The position numbers and the translations under genes are program-made. Positions 37,998-47,670 of a stretch of 64,000 nt of DNA are shown piece after piece. Within the stretch, counting starts at the first letter, position 1. Each line of letters opens with the position of its first letter. The notes below the pieces were generated by a model. It was given only the letters and a program-made list of their open reading frames with translations. It was not told where the DNA came from and did no database searches. Source of the stretch: Deltaproteobacteria bacterium HGW-Deltaproteobacteria-8 (GTDB lineage: Bacteria > Desulfobacterota > Desulfovibrionia > Desulfovibrionales > Desulfovibrionaceae); contig PHAR01000005.1 in the NCBI GenBank assembly GCA_002840405.1, forward strand, positions 11,894 through 75,893, read 5' to 3'.

Positions 37998-39146
37998 TCA
38001 GCGCCCGCCGTGGGCGCGGAGAATGTCGAACAATGTTGTGCACACGCGTTCGGCCTTGGCCTCGGTCATGTCCAGGCCGCAGGGCAGGTTCAGGCCCCAG
38101 GGCGCGATGGCGTAGGAGACCGTGTTGCGCTCTGCGGCCTGGCGGCCCTGCTCGGTGTCCGCGTAGGCCGGGATGGAGGAGAGGGGGCTGAAAAAAGGCC
38201 GCGTGTCGATGTTTCTTTCCTTGAAGCGGCGCATCAGCTCGGCCTTGGCCAGGTTCAGGGCCGGGTCCAGGACAATGGTGACCATCCAGTAGGAGTTGAG
38301 CACGCCCTCGGGCTCGGCGTTGAGCGTCAGCCCCGGCACGTCGGCCAGGCGTTCGGCATACCAGGAGAAGATCTGGCGCTTCTTGGCGATGAGCTCGTCA
38401 ATGCGCTCGATCTGGCCCAGGCCAAAGGCCGCCTGGAGTGCGCTCATCTTGTACTTGAAGGCCACCTCGGCGTTGACAAAGGATACGTCGCCGGGGATGC
38501 GGCCATGGTCCCGCAAAAATTGAACGCGTTTGAAGAGTTCCTCGTCGTCCGTGACGAGCATGCCGCCCTCACCAGTGGTCATGGTCTTGGAGCCGTGGAA
38601 GCTGAAAACTCCGGTGCGGCCCAGGCTTCCGGCCATGCACCCGCGCCACTGGCTGCCCAGGGCTTCGGCGGCGTCCTCGATGACGGGTATGCTCCGCTCA
38701 GCGGCCACGGCCAGGATGGCGTCGTAGTCGGGCAGGCCGCCGTAAAGATCCACAGGGATGACGGCCTTGGTGCGCGGCGTGATGCACGCGGCAAAGGAGG
38801 CGGCGTCCAGGCACCAGGTGTCCGGGTCCACGTCGGCGAAGACTGGGGTGGCGCCCACATAGCTGATGGGCGCGGCCGAGGCGATCCAGGTCAGGTCAGG
38901 TACGATGACCTCGTCGCCGGGGCCCAGGCCAAGGGCCGCCAGGGACAGATGCAGCCCGGCGGTGCAGGAGGGCAGACTGGCGGCAAAGGGCACGCCCACG
39001 TAGTCGGCAAAGGCCTTCTCAAAACGCGCGTTGAACACCCCGGCCTTGTCGAACCAGGCGGTGCGGGCGGCCTCGGCCACGTAGCTGACCTCGCGCTCGG
39101 TCACCCAGGGGCCGGAGACAAAAATGCGTTCCTCGCTGCTGCCCAC
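37998..39146 (-). CDS. DegT/DnrJ/EryC1/StrS sugar aminotransferase (perosamine-synthase-like)
   Basis: SCTAGLH, EDAAEALG and FSFHGSKTMTTGEGG (PLP Lys) motifs. GTG start is inferred. Confidence 0.9.
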   Translation of the reverse strand: MGSSEERIFVSGPWVTEREVSYVAEAARTAWFDKAGVFNARFEKAFADYVGVPFAASLPSCTAGLHLSLAALGLGPGDEVIVPDLTWIASAAPISYVGATPVFADVDPDTWCLDAASFAACITPRTKAVIPVDLYGGLPDYDAILAVAAERSIPVIEDAAEALGSQWRGCMAGSLGRTGVFSFHGSKTMTTGEGGMLVTDDEELFKRVQFLRDHGRIPGDVSFVNAEVAFKYKMSALQAAFGLGQIERIDELIAKKRQIFSWYAERLADVPGLTLNAEPEGVLNSYWMVTIVLDPALNLAKAELMRRFKERNIDTRPFFSPLSSIPAYADTEQGRQAAERNTVSYAIAPWGLNLPCGLDMTEAKAERVCTTLFDILRAHGGR

Positions 39147-39148
39147 GG

Positions 39149-39883
39149 CTAGTCCTTGATGCACTTCAGGTAGCCCTCAGGGGCCACGGTGATGAGCAGC
39201 TTGTTCTGGATCTCCAAGTCCACCACGAAGCGGTCGTTGCGGGCCAAGAACTCGCGCACGGCGGTCTTGGGGTTGTCGCCCTTGCCCCAAGGCCGGTCAG
39301 CAAAGCAGGCATCGGGCATGTCTTCCACCACGGTGTCAAATACCACAAGGTAGCTGCCAGCCTTGACCAGCGGGGAGTAGAGATCCAGCTCGCGCAGGAC
39401 ATGCTCGTGGGTGTGGTTGGAGTCCAGCACCACCAGGGCCTTGCGGTTGCCCACGATCTCGCGCACCTGCCTGGCAACGTCCTCGTCCACGGCCGAGCCC
39501 TGGAGCATCTGGATGCGTTTTGCCATGGGGTGCTTCTCGATCTCGGCGCGGTTGTGCTCGCGGATGTCGATGTCCACGCCCAGGACAAAGGCGTCGCCAC
39601 CCATGAGCTCCAGCAGGGAGGCATAGTAGATGAGGCTGCCGCCGTGGGCGATGCCCGTCTCCACGATGATCTCCGGGCGAACAGCCCAGATGAGCTCCTG
39701 CATGGCTACCATGTCTTGGGGAAACTGGATGATCGGCCTGCCCATCCAGCTGAAATTGTAGGAGTACTTATACTTCGCCGTGTCCACCACGAAGTCTACG
39801 CCAGTCTGGACCATCTTTGGGTCGCGGCCCTGGGCAGCGATGTTCGCGGTCTTCTCGGTCTGGAAACGTTTGATCTCAGACAT
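39149..39883 (-). CDS. Cephalosporin hydroxylase (CmcI)-family methyltransferase-like protein
   Basis: WMGRPIIQFPQD, ETGIAHGGS and LDSNHTHEHV motifs. Confidence 0.88.
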   Translation of the reverse strand: MSEIKRFQTEKTANIAAQGRDPKMVQTGVDFVVDTAKYKYSYNFSWMGRPIIQFPQDMVAMQELIWAVRPEIIVETGIAHGGSLIYYASLLELMGGDAFVLGVDIDIREHNRAEIEKHPMAKRIQMLQGSAVDEDVARQVREIVGNRKALVVLDSNHTHEHVLRELDLYSPLVKAGSYLVVFDTVVEDMPDACFADRPWGKGDNPKTAVREFLARNDRFVVDLEIQNKLLITVAPEGYLKCIKD

Positions 39884-40550
39884 GGGTCCTCTTTCTCGGC
39901 AGTTCACGTGCCGGATTTCCTGCCACCACCGCGCCTGGGGGCACGTCACGGGTGACCACTGCGCCTGCGCCCACAACGGCGCCCGCGCCGATGCGGATGC
40001 GTGGCAACACCACTGCGCCCGCACCCACAAAGGCGCAGGACTCCACTGTCACCAAGCCGCACAGGGTGGCTCCGGGGCCGATATGCACGCCCTCGGCCAA
40101 GCTGCATTCATGGTCCACACTGGCGGCAGTGTTCACGATGCACCAGTCTCCCAGCACGGCGCGGCTAGCCACCACGGCCCGGCAGAGAATCTGCGCGCCC
40201 AGGCCCAGCACGGCATCACGTGCCACATGGGCCGCCGGATGCGCGGCCTGGGCCGGCACGAGTCCGTGGTCAAGCAAGATGCGGGAAATCTCGGACCTGT
40301 CGGCCCCGCGCGCGCCACCGATGGCCACAAGAAAATGCGTCTGCGCTAGCATATCCTGCTTCGACCAGGCCCGCAACCCGGCCAAACCGCGGTGGATGGG
40401 CACGTCCGGGAGCGGCGAGACCGCCATGGGGTCATTGTCGAACACGGCCATCAGGCGAAACAGCTCCGGGCAGAGAAACTCGTGCAGCACCAGGCACTGG
40501 CCCGTTGCGCCCCAGATGACCAGAGGCGGAGCAGGCGCGCGCGGGCTCAT
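39876..40550 (-). CDS. NeuD/PglB-type hexapeptide-repeat sugar acetyltransferase
   Basis: VAIGG, NTAASVDHEC and hexapeptide repeats ending VVAGNPA. Confidence 0.85.
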   Translation of the reverse strand: MSPRAPAPPLVIWGATGQCLVLHEFLCPELFRLMAVFDNDPMAVSPLPDVPIHRGLAGLRAWSKQDMLAQTHFLVAIGGARGADRSEISRILLDHGLVPAQAAHPAAHVARDAVLGLGAQILCRAVVASRAVLGDWCIVNTAASVDHECSLAEGVHIGPGATLCGLVTVESCAFVGAGAVVLPRIRIGAGAVVGAGAVVTRDVPPGAVVAGNPARELPRKRTHV

Positions 40551-41572
40551 GCGACCCCCGCAGCCACAAGGCGCAGGATGGCGTCGCGTTCGCTGGCGGC
40601 GGACTGGTCGTAGGCGGAAAAATGGACCTGCATGGCCAGTTCTTCCTGCCGGGCCTCTGCCTGGCGCTCGGCTTGGCCCGCGCCGGTCAGGGCGCCGGTC
40701 AGACGGCGGGCATATTTGGGCAGCTTCTGGAGAAAGGTGCGCCGGGGCGTGTGGATGCAATAGCGGGACACAAAGCGCTCCACCGAGGCCCGCACCGCTT
40801 CCCGTGCCGTTTCCGGAGGGACATCGTGCAGGCGGGTCAACAGCGCGGCGGCACGCTCCACGACCAGGGAGTATTCCGAGGCGTACCGGGATTCGCGGCT
40901 GACCACCTCCACGCCGTCGCGGCGGCGGGGGTCCTTGGGGGCCTGGCTGGGCACGGCCTCGCGCACGCCGTAGAAAAGTGGCAACTGCTTGTGCTTGCCG
41001 TGGATGGCGGCAAGCATGGCCGAGAACAATTCCAGCATGTTGTAGTTCTCCAGACCGTTGCCCGCCAGCAGCACGTAGTCGCGCAGCAGTGTTGTGCGCT
41101 GCACGGAGTAGAAGCTTGGGATGTATGGATCTTGGACCTGCTGCAGGCGCTCCAAGGGCGAATTGCTGTCCACGCACACTTGGTCCGCCTGAGGGTATAT
41201 GCGCGCCAGGTGTGCCCCGTCAGCCCTGGCCTCGGCGCTGTAGAAATCGCCCTGGGCCGTGACATAGTCCGGATGTTCTTCCAGGAAGGCGAGGCAAGCC
41301 TCGACGGCGCGCGGCACGGTGAAGTCATCGTCTGCGCAAAAGAGAACATAGGGGGTACGGATCTGCTCGGCCACGCTGGCCAGCTTGGCCATGAAGGCCT
41401 GGCCTGGACAATGAAAATAGCGCACTGGTCCGAGTATCTGGCCAGAGTACGCTTGCGGGCTGGAATCCGCCACGGCGATGTCCACGCCCGCCCCTCCGTA
41501 GTAGGCCAGGGCCCTGCGCAGATACCCTGCCCTGCAATGGGTGGGGATAAGAAAGGTGATGCCTTTGGTCAC
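40547..41572 (-). CDS. TIGR00180-like GT2 glycosyltransferase
   Basis: LIPTH.R, VADSS and CADDDF motifs. Confidence 0.75.
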   Translation of the reverse strand: MTKGITFLIPTHCRAGYLRRALAYYGGAGVDIAVADSSPQAYSGQILGPVRYFHCPGQAFMAKLASVAEQIRTPYVLFCADDDFTVPRAVEACLAFLEEHPDYVTAQGDFYSAEARADGAHLARIYPQADQVCVDSNSPLERLQQVQDPYIPSFYSVQRTTLLRDYVLLAGNGLENYNMLELFSAMLAAIHGKHKQLPLFYGVREAVPSQAPKDPRRRDGVEVVSRESRYASEYSLVVERAAALLTRLHDVPPETAREAVRASVERFVSRYCIHTPRRTFLQKLPKYARRLTGALTGAGQAERQAEARQEELAMQVHFSAYDQSAASERDAILRLVAAGVA

Positions 41573-41750
41573 GGCGACTCCTGCGACTTTAATCCCATTT
41601 CTTACCGAACGTCACGCGGGGCTGTCAATCAGACATTCCCCGGCGTTGGCGGCCCCGGTCATCACCACCCCTTGCGGTCCGCCTGGATGCGGACTACTCT
41701 GCGCTCGTTTCAACTGCCGAGACAATCAGCCCCCCCCGCGAGGTCCAGCC

Positions 41751-44351
41751 ATGAGCCCCAATGTCCTCAAGCACGAGCCAGACGGCGCTGGCGGCGATGC
41801 CCGCGAGTTGTGGTGGCTGCTGGCTCTGGTGGCCCTGTGCTACCTCGATAAGATCCTGCTCGGCCCCTACGCCTTTGTGGACTTCTACGACACCATGGAG
41901 GTCCACTTCGCCCATTTCCAGAACATGTTCCGGCTCTGGCGCGAGTTCGGGCTCTTCAGCTGGTACCCCTTCCACGCCGGGGGGGCGCCCGCCTTTGTGG
42001 GCCAGCACCCGCCCTACAGCCCGGCCGTGTTTTTGTCCGGGCTTCTGCCCATCTGGCTCTTGTCGCTCGTCTGGAACATGGGGCAGATGTTCCTGGCCGG
42101 GTACGGCATGCTGCGTCTCCTGCGCCTGCTGGTCAATCCGTCCCGGCCGGTGCGTCTGTTCTGCGCTGCCGTCTTCGCGCTTTCCTGGGTCAGCGGCAAC
42201 GTGCACTTCGTGTTCAGCTACGCCTTCCCGGCCGTCTTCGCCTGGACCACGGACCTGGCTCGGCCCGACCTGCCGCGCAAGAAACGGCTCGGGGCTGCCC
42301 TGGGCATCCTCGCCGTCTCGCTGTTCTCCTTCCCGGTGTTGGCCCTGCCGCATTTCCCGGTGCTGCACCTGGCCTTTGTGCTCTTTTTGGGCCGGGAACT
42401 GCCCCACTTCCGGCGCCAGGTGGCCATGGTCTTCGCGGTCTGGACCGGCTACGTGCTGCTCTTCGCGCCCTCCATCGTCAGCCTGTTCCTCTACATCCCC
42501 ACGGCCCAGCGCGACTGGGCCTTCCACTACCCCGGCCTTGCTGCCGCCCTGAAGAATCTGGCCCGGTATCTTTACGGGCGGCTCACGGACCAGACCATGC
42601 TGCCCCTGCTCCTGCTGAGCCTGGGGCTTTTGCGCCAGCGCAGGGTCAAGATCCTGCTGGCCCTGTTCGCGGCCACGCTGCTCATTGCCGGGCTTTTCTC
42701 CAGCGACATGAAGGGCCTGTTCGCCAACACCATCCTGGCCAAGATGGACCTCTTCCTCTTTGCCTCGGCCTCGGGCATGCTGGCCTGCGTCCTGGCCGCC
42801 CTGGTCCTGGAGCACCACCGCCAGGCCGAGTCGTCGTTGTCGTGGAAGACCGTCGGGGCCTGCGCAGTGGCCCTGACCCTCTTCGGCTCCTCACACGTGG
42901 TGCTGCGCAACCAGTTCCTGCTTTTGGCCTGCGTCAGCCTCCTGGCGCTGCTGCGCCGCCACCTCCAGGCCAGACGGGGTCTTATTCCGCTGCGCCATGC
43001 CCCGCTGCTGCTGGCCGTGGGCCTGGCCTGCCTGGGTATGTTCACACGCCAGCAGTTCATGACCGCCGGGGTCTTCGTGCCCTATGCGCGCGGCTATGAG
43101 GCCCACCCCGGCCTGGCCCGCCTGGGGCTCGAGTCCACCACGCACCCCTTCCGCGTGGCCGCCGTGGACGTGCACCCGGCCCTGCTGCAGGCTGATGGTC
43201 TGGACACCATCGGCGGCAAGAACGCGCTCTTCGACAAGCACTACAAGCAGGTGGTCACAGAGGCCGTGCGGCCGCAGTTCAAGAATCCGTCCCTCGCGGC
43301 CGACTTTGCTCGCGAATGGCGGCAGACCTACCTGTCCCGCAACCAGGGGGACCGCGACGAGCGGCCCCTGGCTCTGACGCCGGACAAGCCGAGGAGCGCC
43401 TCGGACTTCAACCTCGGGCTGCTGCGCCTGATGGGCGTCACGCACCTCATCGCGACCACGCCCGTGGCGGGCATGGAAAGCCTGGCCTCCCTCCCCGTGG
43501 TCTCTCCGGGCCGCGAAGGGGGGCTCTACGGCCTGGGCCTGTTCAAAAGCGTGTACAGCCTGCCGCTCTACGGCTACGCCCTGAACAACCCGGCCGGGCG
43601 TGGCTTCCTGGCCAAAAGCGCCGTGGTGCTGGACGATTCCGAGGAACTGCTGCGGCGCATGAGCGCGGAACCAGTCGACGGGCTGCTGCGCACGGCCTTT
43701 CTGCTGCGCGGGGATGTGCCGCCCGAGGTGCTGGCCCAGTTGAACGCGCCCTCCGCAGCCCTCTCCGCCGCTCCCGGCACAGGCCAGCCACAGGGCCAGG
43801 CTGCGGATTCTGCCGAAGCCAAGGCGCATTTGGACTCCTGGTCGCCAGACCGGCTGGTCTTCTCCGGCCAGGCGGCAGGCCCTGCGCTGCTGCTGGTGAC
43901 CAACAACTTCGACCCGCGCTGGACAGCCACGGTCAACGGCAGGCAGGCCCCGCTCCTGCGCGCGAACAACGCCTTCCAGGCCGTGCTGGTGGACCGCGCC
44001 GGACCCTTCCGCGCGGAACTGACCTTCAGCTCGCCCCTCATCTGGCAACTGCACGTCCTGTCAGCCCTGGGCGTGCTGCTCATGTTCGTCGGGGCGCTGA
44101 GCCGCCAGCGCGGTGACCTGCTGCCCCTGCCCGAGCTCCCTGTGCTGCCCCTGGCCCAACCCGTGCGCAGCGCAACCCCGCACCTGGCCCTGGCCGGGCT
44201 GGCCGCCGCGGCCTTCTGGGCGCTCGGCTTCGCCCTGTTCATTCTGCGCCGCCATCCGGCCGACGACGCCCTGCGCTATGCGCTGTGCACCATCCCGCTC
44301 CTCGGCCTGGGCGTGGCCCTGTGGTCGCGCACCCTGCTGAAGCGCTTGTAG
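41751..44351 (+). CDS. YfhO-like polytopic membrane protein (GT-C-like)
   Basis: About 12 TM helices, a large periplasmic domain, NNFDPRWTATVNG and RANNAFQAV motifs, and C-terminal TMs. Confidence 0.65.
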   Translation: MSPNVLKHEPDGAGGDARELWWLLALVALCYLDKILLGPYAFVDFYDTMEVHFAHFQNMFRLWREFGLFSWYPFHAGGAPAFVGQHPPYSPAVFLSGLLPIWLLSLVWNMGQMFLAGYGMLRLLRLLVNPSRPVRLFCAAVFALSWVSGNVHFVFSYAFPAVFAWTTDLARPDLPRKKRLGAALGILAVSLFSFPVLALPHFPVLHLAFVLFLGRELPHFRRQVAMVFAVWTGYVLLFAPSIVSLFLYIPTAQRDWAFHYPGLAAALKNLARYLYGRLTDQTMLPLLLLSLGLLRQRRVKILLALFAATLLIAGLFSSDMKGLFANTILAKMDLFLFASASGMLACVLAALVLEHHRQAESSLSWKTVGACAVALTLFGSSHVVLRNQFLLLACVSLLALLRRHLQARRGLIPLRHAPLLLAVGLACLGMFTRQQFMTAGVFVPYARGYEAHPGLARLGLESTTHPFRVAAVDVHPALLQADGLDTIGGKNALFDKHYKQVVTEAVRPQFKNPSLAADFAREWRQTYLSRNQGDRDERPLALTPDKPRSASDFNLGLLRLMGVTHLIATTPVAGMESLASLPVVSPGREGGLYGLGLFKSVYSLPLYGYALNNPAGRGFLAKSAVVLDDSEELLRRMSAEPVDGLLRTAFLLRGDVPPEVLAQLNAPSAALSAAPGTGQPQGQAADSAEAKAHLDSWSPDRLVFSGQAAGPALLLVTNNFDPRWTATVNGRQAPLLRANNAFQAVLVDRAGPFRAELTFSSPLIWQLHVLSALGVLLMFVGALSRQRGDLLPLPELPVLPLAQPVRSATPHLALAGLAAAAFWALGFALFILRRHPADDALRYALCTIPLLGLGVALWSRTLLKRL

Positions 44352-44379
44352 CTTCGGAGCCAGGCGCAGCGCTCGAGGT

Positions 44380-44704
44380 TGCCAGGGGCTCTGCCCTAGG
44401 TTGCCCAGGGGCGCCGCCCCCAGCCCCCCCCATTGCGCCGAAAGGGCTGTTTCAGGAGGAACCTGAAACAGCCCTTTCGGCTTTTGCGGGTCATGGGAAG
44501 ACCTTTTGCAGACTGTCCCTCGTCTAAAATGCGGCCAACCGCGCGCAGGGCTTTTCGAGGGTCCCCCCTCGGAAAACCCGCGCGCATTGCCAGGGCCAGT
44601 CAAGCCCAAGCACGGGACATGGGTGCCTTGGCCCAGCCATATGGGGGGTCCGGGGGCCTCAGGCCCCCGGCGGGGTTCAGGGGCAGCGCCCCTGACCGCC
44701 GGAG
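44380..44704. repeat. Composite REP/REPIN-like repeat
   Basis: Same hairpin modules as the other copies, between convergent genes. Ends GACCGCCGGAG. Confidence 0.8.
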
Positions 44705-44705
44705 A

Positions 44706-45842
44706 TTACTCTCCCATCAACTTCCGGTAGTCCGCAGCCATGCGTTCCGCGTTGAAGCGCTTGCCGCCGTGGTTTCGGGCGGCGCGGCCCTGGGTGCGGG
44801 CCAGGGTGGGCTGGGTGAGCAGGCTCACGGCATGGGCGAGGAGCGCGCCCAGGTCGCCGGGTGCGGCCAGCAGGCCGGTCTCCCCATGGCGGACAATTTC
44901 TGGCACGCCGCCCACGCTGAAGCTGGCCACGGGCAGTTCCTGGGCTGCGGCTTCGAGGAGCACCAGGGGGTGGTTGTCGGCCAGGGTGGGGTAGACCAGG
45001 CAGTCGGCGGCGCGCATGAGCAGGGCCAGCTTGGCGCGGTCCAGGTACGGCCAGATGGTCAGGCCGTCGTGGCTGGCGGCCTCGTCGCCGCCCACGGCAA
45101 AGCCCAGGCATTCGGGCACGGCGGCCTTGATGCGGGCGAAGTGGTCAGGCCAGGCTGAGCCGGACTTGTAGGCCGCGCGCGCGCCGCCGTGGGCCGCGAA
45201 GAGCGCCACCGGCACCCCGGGCGCGAGGCCCAGGGTCTTGCGGGCTTCCTGGCGCGGGGTCAGCGTTTCGGGCCAGGGCGCGCCGTTGGGGATGACGCGC
45301 ACCTGCGCTCCGGGGAGCGCGGCCTTGGCCAGCCCGGCCAGCCAGCGCGACGGGCTGACGAGCACCGGATTCAGGCGAAGGAGCAGGCGCTTGATGTGGG
45401 CTTGGCGCATGCGGGCCTGGGGGAAATCGCGCGGGCAGGGGTCGGCGCAGGCGGGAAAGTGCGGGCAGGCGAGCGGATAGGCGCAGCCGCCGGTCAGGGG
45501 CGTGGCGTCGTGCAGGGTGACGATGAGCCCGGAGGCGGTGCCGGAGTCCAGCAGGCCCTCCAGCGCGGCGGGCCAGTCAGTGCTGGTGTGCAGGTGGACC
45601 ACGCCGTCTTCGGGCAGCTCGGCCGCGCGTCGGGCCAGGGCCGGCGGGGTGGTGTGCTGACCCTGGGGGGCGGGCTCTTGCCGTGCAGCGGCGGGCAGGC
45701 CTTCGGGGTCGTTCTCCTCCACCTCAAAGGAGAAGCGCGCGTCCAGGCCCTCGGCGATTTGCGCGGCCTGGAGCAGCCGGGCCACGCGCACGGCGCCGCC
45801 CCGGTGTTTGAGCGCGGCGTGGTGAAGGATGGCTTTGGACAT
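44706..45842 (-). CDS. Glycosyltransferase family 4
   Basis: PTLADNHPLVLLEA and VGGVPEIV motifs. Confidence 0.85.
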   Translation of the reverse strand: MSKAILHHAALKHRGGAVRVARLLQAAQIAEGLDARFSFEVEENDPEGLPAAARQEPAPQGQHTTPPALARRAAELPEDGVVHLHTSTDWPAALEGLLDSGTASGLIVTLHDATPLTGGCAYPLACPHFPACADPCPRDFPQARMRQAHIKRLLLRLNPVLVSPSRWLAGLAKAALPGAQVRVIPNGAPWPETLTPRQEARKTLGLAPGVPVALFAAHGGARAAYKSGSAWPDHFARIKAAVPECLGFAVGGDEAASHDGLTIWPYLDRAKLALLMRAADCLVYPTLADNHPLVLLEAAAQELPVASFSVGGVPEIVRHGETGLLAAPGDLGALLAHAVSLLTQPTLARTQGRAARNHGGKRFNAERMAADYRKLMGE

Positions 45843-47512
45843 CAGGCCTCCCGGACCGTCTGCAGCAGGTCGTGCTTCACGGCCCAGAGGATGTGGTAGG
45901 CGGCGCGGTCTTGCGAAAGGCCGGGACAGAGTTCGAGCAGGCGCAGCGTGATGTGCGCGGCTGTTTCGCCGTTGCGCGCCAGGAACACGGTTTTGCGGAT
46001 GATGTCCGGGTCCAGCACGCTGTCCAGCCCGGCGTAGAGCATGGGGTGCTCTTTGCCTGCGAGCAGGGCCTGGCCGGAGCGCCCGGCCGTGAGCCGTGAG
46101 CCGGGCTCAAGGGTGCGCGTGGGGTAGCTGGCGAAGACCGTGGCGTAGGGCAGGTGCAGCGGGTGCGGCACGTGGCGCAGGGTCGCGATGTCCGGGCCGG
46201 GCAGGGCGGCCAGTTCGTCCCAGAGCTCCAGGTGCCGGGCCACCACCTGCGGCCAGAGGAAGCCGCCCGCGATGCGCTCGCGACCGGCCGCGCCCATGCG
46301 CGTGCGCAAGCCCGGGTCGGTCAGCAGGGTGCGCAGGGCCTCGGCCAGGGCCGGGGCGTCCACGGCGGTGCGCTGGGCCAGCAGCAGGTGGTACTGGTTG
46401 TCGAACAGGAGCGGGGCCAACTGGTCCACGAAATCTTCTTCCTGCGCCGGTTCCGGCCCCAGGGTGGGCACGAGCAGGCCCGTGGCGCCGTGGGCCACGA
46501 GGTCGCGGTAGCCGTCGTAGTCCGAGGCGATGACCGGCAGCCCGGCGGCCTGGGCTTCGAGCAGGGTCAGGCCGAAGGTCTCCTGGGGGTTGTCGGCGAT
46601 GGACACGAACAGGTCGCAGGCGCCCAGGATCTCGGCCTTGCGGCCTTCGTCGGGTTTGATTTCCAGGCGCACGTCCAGGCGCACCTTGGCCCCGATGCCA
46701 GCCAGGTCCTGCGGGAAGGTGTCGTCCTCCTCGGCCCAGCCCGCCAGCAGCAGCGTCACCGAGTCGCGCGGCAGGCCCTCGTCGAACAGGCGCGCAAGGG
46801 CGCGGATGAGCGGCACCACGTCCATCTTGGAGGAGTGCGAGATGCGGCCCAGCACCAGGATCAGGGTGCGCTCCTCAGGCAGGCCGAGCTTGCGGCGCAG
46901 GGCCAGCCTGTCCTCGTGCGTGGGCAGGGGTGCGCTTGCGGTCTTGGGGTCCAGGCCCAGGGGGATGCGCCGCAGGCTCGGCCCCGGGGTGTCGGCCAGG
47001 GCATATGCCTGCCGCAGGTGCGTGAAAAATGCCTCCACCGCCGCCTGCCCGGCGCGCGAGGTGGCGATGATGCAGTCCTGCGGCGTGGCCCCGGCCCAGA
47101 GGTGGCGCAGGAAGGCTGCGGGAAAGTCCGGGTAGGACAGGGAGTGGGTCGGCCCGGTTATCGGGAACAGGCGCGGGGCATGGGCGTTGCGCAGCCGGGC
47201 GATATGCGTGGGGAAGTTGATGCAGTCGGACTGGTGGAAGCAGGCGTAGGGCGTTGTTTTGAGGCGCTCGGGCAGCTCGCGCCGGTCCATGAGCGCAAAG
47301 CCCCCGCGTGCCGCGATGTCAGGCGCAAGCCCGGCCAGGATCTTGGCCACGGAGTCGCGTTGGGGCTTGTCGGCCAGGAAGAAGTGGTAGCTCTCGAAGG
47401 GATCCGCCGCCAGCAGAAAACGCAGGAAACCGGTGTTGGCCACCTTGCGGCCCAGAACGGGGCCGGTCTCCAGGAAGGGGTCCAGGGTGCCGAAGACGCC
47501 GGGCTTTTTCAT
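45842..47512 (-). CDS. Glycosyltransferase family 4
   Basis: QETFGLTLLEAQAAGLPVIASDYDGY motif. Confidence 0.85.
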   Translation of the reverse strand: MKKPGVFGTLDPFLETGPVLGRKVANTGFLRFLLAADPFESYHFFLADKPQRDSVAKILAGLAPDIAARGGFALMDRRELPERLKTTPYACFHQSDCINFPTHIARLRNAHAPRLFPITGPTHSLSYPDFPAAFLRHLWAGATPQDCIIATSRAGQAAVEAFFTHLRQAYALADTPGPSLRRIPLGLDPKTASAPLPTHEDRLALRRKLGLPEERTLILVLGRISHSSKMDVVPLIRALARLFDEGLPRDSVTLLLAGWAEEDDTFPQDLAGIGAKVRLDVRLEIKPDEGRKAEILGACDLFVSIADNPQETFGLTLLEAQAAGLPVIASDYDGYRDLVAHGATGLLVPTLGPEPAQEEDFVDQLAPLLFDNQYHLLLAQRTAVDAPALAEALRTLLTDPGLRTRMGAAGRERIAGGFLWPQVVARHLELWDELAALPGPDIATLRHVPHPLHLPYATVFASYPTRTLEPGSRLTAGRSGQALLAGKEHPMLYAGLDSVLDPDIIRKTVFLARNGETAAHITLRLLELCPGLSQDRAAYHILWAVKHDLLQTVREA

Positions 47513-47670
47513 TGCTGGACAAGGCCACACTTGGGGGAATTTGTCAAAGCCTTGGTCCCGGGTGCGCCCGCAAGGGACCTGGACCGCCGCCTGTGTGGGG
47601 GTGATGTTGCCGCGGAGCGCTTTTTGCAAGTTCCCTGGTCATGCGACCACCCTCAGGGAGGCTTGAGATT

